This document shows, piece by piece, positions 21,300-30,071 of a stretch of DNA of 64,000 nt. Location: assembly GCA_965212015.1 (NCBI GenBank), contig OZ243037.1, positions 1,504,001 through 1,568,000 on the forward strand, written 5' to 3'. This stretch comes from Cenarchaeum sp. (GTDB lineage Archaea > Thermoproteota > Nitrososphaeria > Nitrososphaerales > Nitrosopumilaceae). Both the position numbers and the translations under genes were made by a program. Below the pieces are notes generated by a model, which was given only the letters and a program-made list of their open reading frames with translations, searched no databases and was not told the DNA's origin. Each line of letters opens with the position of its first letter. Position 1 is the first letter of the stretch.

Positions 21300-21857
21300 C
21301 TATTGGTTCAGCCGCTTCCAGGATATAATGCTGGAGCCTTGGGTATCCTGCGGGCCAAGCGTCCTCGTCTTGTATCCGAGACCCTCCAGAAAATCCGGAT
21401 ATACTGGACTGGCCTGAATGTCGTTCTTGTTGTTGTTGTACGAGGTATGGACATCCGGATACCTGCCAAACGGCACGCCGAGGACTATTAGGTGTTCGGC
21501 CGTCTTTTCAAGCTTGGAGATCGTAGGTATAATATCCTCCCTGGGCAGGCAATCGATGCCGTGCCAGTAAAACACTGTATCAAACCTGCCCAGATTCAGC
21601 CCGTCCACGTTTCGTACGTCCCCCTGCATGACGGATATGTCCGTACCGGACAGCTTTTCCTTGAGAAATTCCACGTTTTTGTCAAATATCTCGAGGATTG
21701 TAATGCGGTACGAGTTTTCCTTAAACGAATCCAAAAGGTGCTGCCGCCTCGTGTTTGCGCCCACATACAAGACGCTCTTGAATCGCGTAGTAAAGAGATC
21801 CGGAATGCATTCCCGGAGAGTGCGCTCCCTCTCCTGTTTGATTGGATCGGTTGCCAT
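21300..21857 (-). CDS. class I SAM-dependent methyltransferase
   Basis: SVLYVGA motif I, ILEI, GDVR, FDTVF. Confidence 0.8.
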   Translation of the reverse strand: MATDPIKQERERTLRECIPDLFTTRFKSVLYVGANTRRQHLLDSFKENSYRITILEIFDKNVEFLKEKLSGTDISVMQGDVRNVDGLNLGRFDTVFYWHGIDCLPREDIIPTISKLEKTAEHLIVLGVPFGRYPDVHTSYNNNKNDIQASPVYPDFLEGLGYKTRTLGPQDTQGSSIISWKRLNQ

Positions 21858-22033
21858 GTATATGAGTCACAGAATCCGGCATTATAAACACTACCCGGGG
21901 ATCAAACGGGTTTGGATATGTGGCCTGAGATGCCGCATGGCAGTATACGGATTCGAATTATTGCGCGCGACCGTAATGCTGTAAAGTTATCTCAGATACT
22001 ATAGTATGTTGTGGACTGGCTAAAAACTGCACA

Positions 22034-22174
22034 TCAATCCACCGCTTCGTTCAGTTCCTTGATGAATTCCTCGGCACTGGTCGTCTTGTGCTCTTCCGGA
22101 TGGGCATAAAACTCTAAAATAGCTGCAATCTCTTCCTCTGAGAGCGGAGGCGAATCAGTCTGTGTGTCAGGCAT
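22034..22174 (-). CDS. 46-aa acidic antitoxin-like peptide (not in the ORF track)
   Basis: MPDTQTDSPPLSEEEIAAILEFYAHPEEHKTTSAEEFIKELNEAVD; EEFIKEL-type ending typical of archaeal RelB-like proteins. Confidence 0.5.
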   Translation of the reverse strand: MPDTQTDSPPLSEEEIAAILEFYAHPEEHKTTSAEEFIKELNEAVD

Positions 22175-22207
22175 GTATTTTTGGATCATATACGGCCTTA
22201 AAAACAT

Positions 22208-22537
22208 TCATTTGCTAGTCCAGCATGGAAATTTATTGGTTTTTTTGCACTTGCCGGTAAATTTTACGTTTTTTATCCAGATAACCTGACCGGGTAATCC
22301 TTTGTATTTTTTTGGCGTCTTGAATTTTTTGTATGATTTTATGTGCCAGCCGTGTTTGTATCCGAGTTTCCCCTTGCAGATCCTGTCAAATATTACGGTG
22401 CCGTATGCGCAGCCGCGCTTTGCAAGTATTATTTCCACATTCAGCTTTCTGCACTTGAAATTCCTATACTCGTATTTCTTTTTGCCGGTAAGCATCTGTT
22501 CGATGAACTCTTCCTTGACGAGTAGGCCAGGTGTCAT
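22208..22537 (-). CDS. ASCH (PUA-like) domain protein
   Basis: L.VK....QMLTGKKKYEYR (GxKxxExR), AYGTV, GW.I, GQVIW. Confidence 0.8.
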   Translation of the reverse strand: MTPGLLVKEEFIEQMLTGKKKYEYRNFKCRKLNVEIILAKRGCAYGTVIFDRICKGKLGYKHGWHIKSYKKFKTPKKYKGLPGQVIWIKNVKFTGKCKKTNKFPCWTSK

Positions 22538-22679
22538 GATGTTTGTAATGCCTGTATGTATAAAAGCATGATCTAAACCAGCATTTAAAAGCAATTTTGC
22601 CTATTGACTATTTTAGATAGAAAGCACGGATCAAGGCACGCCATGAACAAAATAGCGCATGTAAAAGCTGTTTTTTGTC

Positions 22680-22832
22680 CCCGTCGATGGTCTGTGACTC
22701 TGCGGGTCTCCAATGGTGCTAAAGATGGCCATATACAACAGGATGGTGCTGGCTGCATGACATCATGGATTGGACTACTTTGGCACGGGTTGGAGGATCA
22801 CGTTATGTGGTAAGGGAGTTGTGACACAGAGC
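22680..22832 (+). mobile_element. possible IS5-family right-end remnant
   Basis: RRWSV and MVLKMAIYNRMVLAA* fragments resemble an IS5 transposase C-terminus; ends in gagttgtgacacagagc. Confidence 0.35.
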
Positions 22833-22869
22833 AGATCTAACTTCAAAAACCTAGACGGATACCGATGTT

Positions 22870-24315
22870 TTAATGTCTGAATTTCCTCTCTAATCGTCGT
22901 TTTAATGCTACAAAAAGACTACCCATAATTGGCAACAATGTAATTCTTAGAATAAAATCAATTTCTGATTTTTGAATTTCTTTGTTAAAATCATAAAATG
23001 GGAAAAAACCATTTAAGCTTCTTAATAATGAATTAACAAATGAATTCCAAGATAATTCAATTTTTGTATCATCAAATATGAAATTATTTCCACACCAAAA
23101 ATATATAGTAGAACTCAAAATTATTGGGAAAATAATATAAATTGGTCTTTTGATTGATTCACCATATTGAGCAATTATATTATACAACCAAAGAATAGAA
23201 AAATGTTTTTTAAAATTATGTTTTTTGATAGTAAATGCTTTATTTTCATGTTGAATTGTTTTATATTTTCTCCTTAATTCCATTTCTCTAATAAAAAATT
23301 CTCCAGAAATATCATATCTCATCTGTTGATCAAAATTCTCAATTAATTGTCTATAGATATCTTTGACACTTTCCAACAATATGGGCGATTCCTTTTTTTT
23401 CTCAAGTTCACGTTCATCTAAAATTTTATATTGAAAATTTTTATGACCTATTGACTCATAAATCTTCAATTTTAATTTATTAGATCGTGATTTTTCAATA
23501 TTTGATTCTTTCCATGATATTTTATTTCCAAATTTGATCTTATTAATTTTAGTTTCTAAAAATGAAATTTGTGAAATATTTCCATTAAAGTTTGTTTGAT
23601 TATTGTTTGAAAAGCTGGTATTTTCAAATTTTGTTTTTTTATTAAACTTAGCATCTTCAAAATTTGCTTGATAAGCAAATAGACTATCTTTAAAATTTGT
23701 AATCGAATTAAACTGTGAGCGAATAAAAATTGCATTCTGCTTAAAATTTGTTTTCCAAAATGATGTTTCTTTACCTCCAAAATTAGCTGAAGTAAAATCT
23801 ATTTCATCAAAATATACATTACTAAAATTAGTATTTTTAAATTTACAATCTTTAAAATTAGCTGGTTTTTCAAATTTGCAAAATCGGAAATTTATTTGTT
23901 CATTATTTGTTGCATTAGAAAAATTAACTGTTTTATGAAATTTAGCAGCAAGAAAATCCGCTCCTTTTTTGAATCTTACATTTGCAAAAGAAATATGATG
24001 ATTAAATTCCATATTTGATAAATTTAATTTATCAACAAATGTAGTTTTGTCAAAATAGATAGGTACTATGTTCAATTTTGGATTGTCAAAAATCAAATTT
24101 GGGAGATAATATCCTATACATTCTATTCTAAAGCCGGAATTATACAATTTTCGAAAAAATTCTTTTCTAATTATTTCAGAGTTATTTTTATTTTTCAAAA
24201 AACCTTTATCATGAAAAATACAAGTTTTTTTTTCAGCTTGTGCATTTTCAGTACAATGATAATATCTAGGTCCATCACTGTCCAAATATTCATCAGAATA
24301 GATACATTTTTCCAA
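22870..24315 (-). CDS. pentapeptide-repeat protein with C-terminal membrane (ion-channel-like) segment
   Basis: A.F...F 10/11-mer repeats; N-terminal C..C..CIFH; YGES..RP followed by TM helices and LKRRLER. Confidence 0.85.
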   Translation of the reverse strand: MEKCIYSDEYLDSDGPRYYHCTENAQAEKKTCIFHDKGFLKNKNNSEIIRKEFFRKLYNSGFRIECIGYYLPNLIFDNPKLNIVPIYFDKTTFVDKLNLSNMEFNHHISFANVRFKKGADFLAAKFHKTVNFSNATNNEQINFRFCKFEKPANFKDCKFKNTNFSNVYFDEIDFTSANFGGKETSFWKTNFKQNAIFIRSQFNSITNFKDSLFAYQANFEDAKFNKKTKFENTSFSNNNQTNFNGNISQISFLETKINKIKFGNKISWKESNIEKSRSNKLKLKIYESIGHKNFQYKILDERELEKKKESPILLESVKDIYRQLIENFDQQMRYDISGEFFIREMELRRKYKTIQHENKAFTIKKHNFKKHFSILWLYNIIAQYGESIKRPIYIIFPIILSSTIYFWCGNNFIFDDTKIELSWNSFVNSLLRSLNGFFPFYDFNKEIQKSEIDFILRITLLPIMGSLFVALKRRLERKFRH

Positions 24316-24504
24316 TGATTGGATCTGAAATCCATATTATTAGTGCTTATCTATGGTTATAGCCATAATACAAGTATGTCACCACATGCATGCCATATTA
24401 TTCAGATATTTAAGTGTGATTTTGACCAAATTTCCAAAAATAGTCGATTTTCTTAGTGCAGAAATAAGATAAGTTTATTGAGGCAAAGAATAATTCAGTA
24501 TAGT

Positions 24505-25719
24505 ATGACAAAAGAACTGGAATCCATCATTAATGCAGCAAGAGAGGATTTTGAGAACAAAAGATTGGTTGCTTTCATAGGTGAAAGACATTCTGGAAAA
24601 ACCGTCATTTCAGCATTACTAAAACATGCATTAGTGAATCATTTTGTTAAAAATGAGGAAAATTGGAATGCTTGGGTCATTCAGGGTAGTGACAGAATAA
24701 ATGAAATTTTAGACAAATTAAATCATGAAGAATTTCCAGCCTCAACTTTACCTGGAGACGCTAAACCAATCACAATGGAAATTTTTAGTGGAATGGGAAC
24801 TGGTGGTGGAATTGAAATTACATTACAAGATATGGCAGGAGAATCAAGAGATGAATTGTTACGAAATGAATTTACAAATGAAGAGAACAGATTAAAAGAG
24901 ATCATGACGGCAAATCCAATAGAAGGAAGACGATATGGAATATTATCATATTTACCATTTACAAGTATTTATGTCATAATTGTAGACTGTTCAAAATATA
25001 AAAATTGGAATCAAGAGCAATCATACTTGGCTGCAACTATGAACAATTTGTTAAAAATAAAAAAAGCCGTAGGCACAGACTTTAAAGGAAAAATAATGGA
25101 TCCCATAGCAATTATTTTTTCAAAATATGATCAGTTATCACAAGAAGATCAAGATACGGCTGAAAACCTACTAAAAAAATTACCGGAATTCACAACTGCA
25201 TTAAACATTGCACATAGAGGAGAATTAAAATTATTTTTAAGTCAAATTAAATCTGTTAAGCGAACTGAAGATGAATTAGCAATATTAGTTAGTCAAGAAA
25301 TTCAAAGAAAAAATACAAAATTAGACAATTTAAATAAGATTATTAAAAGTTTAGAAATGATAATAAAAGATAAAGATCAAGAATTAGAAGAAATAGTACA
25401 AGAATTAGAAGAAATAGAGCAAAAATTAGAAGAAGCTAAACCACAAAATAATCCTGCCGAGATTGAACAAATCACTCAAGAATTAAATGAAAAAAAAGAT
25501 CTGATAAATCAAATGGAATCTGAACGTATAGAAATAATTAAAGATATACATAATTCCAAGGCAAATAAATCAGAGATCGAAAAAAAATTAAATGAAAACA
25601 AGCCTAGTGCAAAGGAAATAGGAATAAGTGAATTCAAACCATCATCATCGCCCCTAGAATACAATATTGAAGAATATCTAGGCTTTATTAGTTGGATTAT
25701 TGAAATGAGTAAAGAGTGA
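24505..25719 (+). CDS. TRAFAC-clade GTPase (double-GTPase/GAP1-system type) with coiled-coil insert
   Basis: G1 GERHSGKT, G2 AST, G3 DMAGE, G4 SKYD; about 110-aa coiled coil before the final helix. Confidence 0.8.
   Translation: MTKELESIINAAREDFENKRLVAFIGERHSGKTVISALLKHALVNHFVKNEENWNAWVIQGSDRINEILDKLNHEEFPASTLPGDAKPITMEIFSGMGTGGGIEITLQDMAGESRDELLRNEFTNEENRLKEIMTANPIEGRRYGILSYLPFTSIYVIIVDCSKYKNWNQEQSYLAATMNNLLKIKKAVGTDFKGKIMDPIAIIFSKYDQLSQEDQDTAENLLKKLPEFTTALNIAHRGELKLFLSQIKSVKRTEDELAILVSQEIQRKNTKLDNLNKIIKSLEMIIKDKDQELEEIVQELEEIEQKLEEAKPQNNPAEIEQITQELNEKKDLINQMESERIEIIKDIHNSKANKSEIEKKLNENKPSAKEIGISEFKPSSSPLEYNIEEYLGFISWIIEMSKE
25378..25440 (+). repeat. 3 x 21-bp tandem repeat encoding heptads QELEEIV/QELEEIE/QKLEEAK
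   Basis: caagaattagaagaaatagta caagaattagaagaaatagag caaaaattagaagaagctaaa. Confidence 0.8.
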
Positions 25720-25722
25720 CAA

Positions 25723-27528
25723 ATGGCATTATGTGAACATTTTATCTACACGGCAGGGATCATAGATAATCAAAGTGGTTATCAAATCATCTCAAAATCT
25801 TCAGGCATAAATAATAAAATAATTTCTGAACTAGATAATTATCTCTATCCCTTGGGAGTAAATCTAAGTGAATTTTTGATGTCCAAATCATTATTGGTTT
25901 TAAATGAACATGTTGTTTTCACAAAAATTCGAAATGTAGGCATAGGGTTTGATGGGAGACCAGATACACTCTATAGCCATACGATTATAATGAAAAAGAA
26001 GGATTTTAAAAAATTTAGCAATGATTCTAGAATTTTTGATGATGAGTATGTAGAGGAGACACAGCCAATTCGTATGTCATCAATTTTAATTAAAGAAAAG
26101 AAATTATTGCCTGATTTTACATGTGTCGACGAATTAGGAATATCCACAATAGAAAAAATTTTTAGAGGGTTATTAGATAAGAAAAAAATATTATTAATAG
26201 ATAATGATTCTTCAGAATTAATTCAAAGCATATTGTCTTTGATGCCTTCCTCAATGAAAATTGTATCCTATTCAACGAATGTTGCTGAACCAAAGAGGCA
26301 ATCAAAATATAATATGATACAAATTAAAAAGAAAAATCTAATAAAATTTCCTAATAGTGTTAAAATAGATAAAAAAATGGATTTAAAAAAGATTGAAAAA
26401 AATGATTCATTACTAAATTTTTGTATTAAATATATTCTAGACATAATAGATTTAAAAGAATCAAAAAAATTAATAGAGATTAATCATCGTATTGAATCCA
26501 TAATGGGAACCATTACCGAAAAAATTATTTTAGGAACAAGTTTATTAATTATAATAGAAAAATCACAAAAATTCCCAAAACAACACATATTGGGATTGAA
26601 AAAAATGTTGCGAGAAATATCGGTTAAACAAAATGAAATTATTAATGAATTTGACCATAAACTAGATGAACTACTCATTAAACAAAAATCAGGAGAGTTT
26701 GAAATAGAAAACATAATTTCAAAATTCAACGATAAAAAATTAAATATCACAATTCTTGGAAAAATGTTCGGAGAATTAACAGGAGACAATACAGGTTTAC
26801 GTAATTCACTTTTTCATCATCTAGTAAAAAAGAGAATATTTGATTTTGAAGAAAATGGACAGGACATATTATTAGAATCAATTAATAGATATTATAATAA
26901 CGAGATCATACGTGGATTTGTAGAAGAATCTGAATTACATTTTGCATTCAAAAAAATTTTTCAGAATAATGAAATAAACGAATATCAAAAAATCAATTTA
27001 TTTTCCAAGGCAATTAAAAATGCATTATGTTTCAATATGGAATTTCTTGAAAATCTATTCAAATTTAATGTATACGATTTAAAAAATTATGATCACATAA
27101 TACAATTTAATAAAGATATCAAATGGGTGTTTAATTCAAAAGAATTTTATCAAAATTTTAATTCAACAAAAATCTTGAAAATACTAATAAATATCCAAGA
27201 GAAAGTTATTCCATTGTTTCCTAAAAATATAAAAACTGAAACTAATGATCCAAAATTTTGCCAGATGGAAGAAATTCTGAACATCTTACTCAATACTGCA
27301 CGATATATGTTGACTAGAAAAAAATATTCCTTAGGTTCTAGCAAAAATGATATCATATTATTTGAAAATATTCTTTCTGAATTTCTATCTAAAAATTCCT
27401 TACAAAATACAAAATATGATTTACTTAATCCCGATTTGACATGTAGAGTTTCTTCAATTTTCAGTTGGATGTTGTTCTTATGTTTGCCTTATAGATGTAA
27501 TAATTGTATAACATTAGATCAGTCTTGA
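25723..27528 (+). CDS. GAP1-N2-like (GTPase-associated protein 1) domain protein with helical C-terminus
   Basis: HFIYT..SGYQIISKSSGI ... G.DGRPDTLYSHTII pattern; later LLSL.P...VSYSTN-like segment (ILSLMPSSMKIVSYSTN); starts 3 nt after the GTPase stop. Confidence 0.72.
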   Translation: MALCEHFIYTAGIIDNQSGYQIISKSSGINNKIISELDNYLYPLGVNLSEFLMSKSLLVLNEHVVFTKIRNVGIGFDGRPDTLYSHTIIMKKKDFKKFSNDSRIFDDEYVEETQPIRMSSILIKEKKLLPDFTCVDELGISTIEKIFRGLLDKKKILLIDNDSSELIQSILSLMPSSMKIVSYSTNVAEPKRQSKYNMIQIKKKNLIKFPNSVKIDKKMDLKKIEKNDSLLNFCIKYILDIIDLKESKKLIEINHRIESIMGTITEKIILGTSLLIIIEKSQKFPKQHILGLKKMLREISVKQNEIINEFDHKLDELLIKQKSGEFEIENIISKFNDKKLNITILGKMFGELTGDNTGLRNSLFHHLVKKRIFDFEENGQDILLESINRYYNNEIIRGFVEESELHFAFKKIFQNNEINEYQKINLFSKAIKNALCFNMEFLENLFKFNVYDLKNYDHIIQFNKDIKWVFNSKEFYQNFNSTKILKILINIQEKVIPLFPKNIKTETNDPKFCQMEEILNILLNTARYMLTRKKYSLGSSKNDIILFENILSEFLSKNSLQNTKYDLLNPDLTCRVSSIFSWMLFLCLPYRCNNCITLDQS

Positions 27529-27560
27529 TTAGAAAATATCCTTGATGCAAAAACACACCT

Positions 27561-27740
27561 ATAGTCAAACGCATAAATAATTTGAAACTGGCATAACTCT
27601 CATGAAATATTTCATCACATCTAACGAATACTTCTTTGTCCTGAAATACTCACACAGTGAATATTTCATCTCGTCAAATGTACGGTAATATTCAGACACC
27701 ATCAAGTCATGTTTTGCCCGTCTCCACCATTCCTCCATTA
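27561..27740 (-). mobile_element. IS630 3' remnant
   Basis: Minus strand reads MEEWWRRAKHDLMVSEYYRTFDEMKYSLCEYFRTKKYSLDVMKYF, homologous to the C-terminus of the 15197-15784 transposase. Confidence 0.8.
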
Positions 27741-27888
27741 GTTGCTATGCGTATTGACAATACCCACAAATTTTTTCAACCAACAGGTTTAGATCAAGCA
27801 TGATCGTCGCATTTGCTTGATGTCTAAATCTGAGATCAGGCAAATACACGAATTACAGCAGGCAATCAAGAAAAAAGACCAGATAATC

Positions 27889-29024
27889 GAGCCTTGGGCA
27901 TAATTTTCACCAAAAAAACCACGGAATTGACTCAACAGTACAGCATTTGCCTTACCAATTTTGGCCTAGGGACCTTGTAATGCAGTTATGGTACACCATC
28001 ATCTGATACACCAGCACACAGCTCAGCATAAATGATCAGGATTTCTCAAACCCTCTTACCGGCGATTGATTGATCCCAAACGTTTCCTTTAATGTGCCAA
28101 ACAGCGGCTCGATCGATATCTTTCTGTCGCCGTATATGCGCTGCCCTTTTTTGGAGCGGTAAAACCGCACCAGTTTTAATCTTGCGGGAGTGGTCAGGCG
28201 GAATTTCCTTACGGGACACACCAGCCTCATCCTGCATTTTTTTGTATATTCGTACAGCTTGTGATCATCGTATTCTGGATCGCACAAAACGTACTGGAAT
28301 AATCCTGCAAACGGGTTCACCAGATCGCAATATTGTGAATTATCCGCCGCATTTGCCGGGGTAAAACTCGCATACAGGGGAACGGCGATCCTTCCGGTGG
28401 AGCAGCTCATATGCAGCTTGAATCCGTATACCCACCTTTTGTAATTGGAGTATCCCCAACGTGCATCAGTGTCGATTCTAAAGATCGGAATCCGATTTTG
28501 CTTCCTGTCGGATTGATTCCATACGGAACCGAGGGATCGTATCAGGGAAGAGTCTACAGATGCAGAGACGATATCTACCAGTCCTTTCGATACAAAGACC
28601 CGTCCCATCTTTGAGATGAATTGTTCTATTGGAATCACGTGAAATCTCCTGTCAAGTGTTCTTCTGTCTGGAACGGTAGAGCCTGCACATCTGTAGCAGT
28701 CGATTGTCTGGTGCCTGGTGTGACAGAAAATAATGCAGCGTATTGTTGCTTGGAATTCCCTTCCACGTTTTTATGATTAACAGCTGCAGCATCAGGATCG
28801 TGGGATAGATGTACGGCCTGCCACGTCTCACCGCATCCTCGTACAGACGCATCGTTCCCACTAAATACAAAACAACAATAAGAGGCGACCGTGTTAGAAT
28901 GTTGCTGGGGATCTTTGTCTTTTTCATCGTACAATGAACAAAGAATCACAGGGATCCTTGGCTCTTTTTATCGAAAAAAACTTGTGAATTGGTCAAAAAT
29001 TAGGCACAATTATGCCCAAGGCTC
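27889..29024 (-). mobile_element. IS with frameshifted DDE_Tnp_1-type transposase (IS5/IS982-like)
   Basis: Terminal inverted repeats GAGCCTTGGGCATAATT; VDSS, D.DARWG, YGFKLH, CDPEYD, R.SIEPLFG.LK; reading frame split near 28670. Confidence 0.88.
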
Positions 29025-29210
29025 AATTACTTTGTGTTTGTAAACACAAAGTCACACCTTGCTGAGACCATATTTGATATCATTAAACGCATGAACGCGG
29101 TAATGTTCGGCATACTCCTCGTTTTTGCATTCAAAATCATTATCTAGTGAATCAGTTGGCATGAGCTGAATTATATCAACATCATTATAGTCGATAATCT
29201 TCATATTCAT
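29025..29210 (-). pseudogene. truncated GNAT toxin-like gene (TacT/AtaT-like N-terminus)
   Basis: MNMKIIDYNDVDIIQLMPTDSLDNDFECKNEEYAEHYRVHAFNDIKYGLSKV*LCVYKHKVI, then cut by the IS. Confidence 0.5.
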
Positions 29211-29224
29211 AAAAATATAACGCG

Positions 29225-29365
29225 TTACCGCTCTTTTATCCTGTTGGCTATTTTTAGTGATTTTTTAATGGCACGTATGGATTCGCTAGTTGGACCGGCC
29301 TCCAAGCTCTCGATTACCTGCTTCCACTGTTTGTCGCTTAATGGCTTTACCTCTCTTAATCCCAT
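29225..29365 (-). CDS. 46-aa DUF1778/TacA-like antitoxin peptide (not in the ORF track)
   Basis: MGLREVKPLSDKQWKQVIESLEAGPTSESIRAIKKSLKIANRIKER directly upstream of the GNAT-like gene. Confidence 0.5.
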   Translation of the reverse strand: MGLREVKPLSDKQWKQVIESLEAGPTSESIRAIKKSLKIANRIKER

Positions 29366-29508
29366 ACTACATTCTACAAAGAAATAATATATGAAGTTGC
29401 CGCCTAATTCTATTTAAACAAACTCGAGGCACAACATGTCTGAATTTTGATCTGTTACCGATTTTTTCAGACTCGGATTTTTTTTCACTCAATATGGGCA
29501 CGAGAGAT

Positions 29509-29895
29509 TTATGATCTAAATAATTTTGTGACCCTGCCAGAATTGTCCATTAATTCCATTTTTCGACGTAGGGCCATAAACATATATGTTACTTTGTCCT
29601 TGTTTACAAAACTGACGAGTACGGAATTATTATTCCCATAGGTATTTTTGATATATTCGTGCAGGTGATATGGATTCTTGTCTGCACGGCAAACTTTTTT
29701 CTTGTATATTGCCACGCACATGTCGGGGTATTTTTTTCGCAACTTGTCATAGTTTCTTGTAAGCCATCCCAGATTTTCACAAAAATCTGCAAAATCCTTT
29801 TTGCGCTTTGCATCATGTACCGAAAACAACCTTTTGGCCCTCATGGAATCCGGGGATGACGCATACTTTGATAGTGAAATGATCTTTCCGGACAT
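29509..29895 (-). CDS. DUF5678-like protein
   Basis: WLTRNYDKLRKKYPDMCVAIYKKKV pattern. Confidence 0.6.
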   Translation of the reverse strand: MSGKIISLSKYASSPDSMRAKRLFSVHDAKRKKDFADFCENLGWLTRNYDKLRKKYPDMCVAIYKKKVCRADKNPYHLHEYIKNTYGNNNSVLVSFVNKDKVTYMFMALRRKMELMDNSGRVTKLFRS

Positions 29896-30071
29896 GGCTT
29901 ACATATAGATTGGGCATTGTTATAGTTAAATGTTATCCGATCCCAAGCATATAACGACACCCATCCTGCCTAAAAAACAACCATAACGCAAAATTCATGT
30001 CTAATTGCCGTAATCTCATATGCCCGGGCAATACGCGCCAATTCAATTCCGAGGCCAAACACGGACATGAT

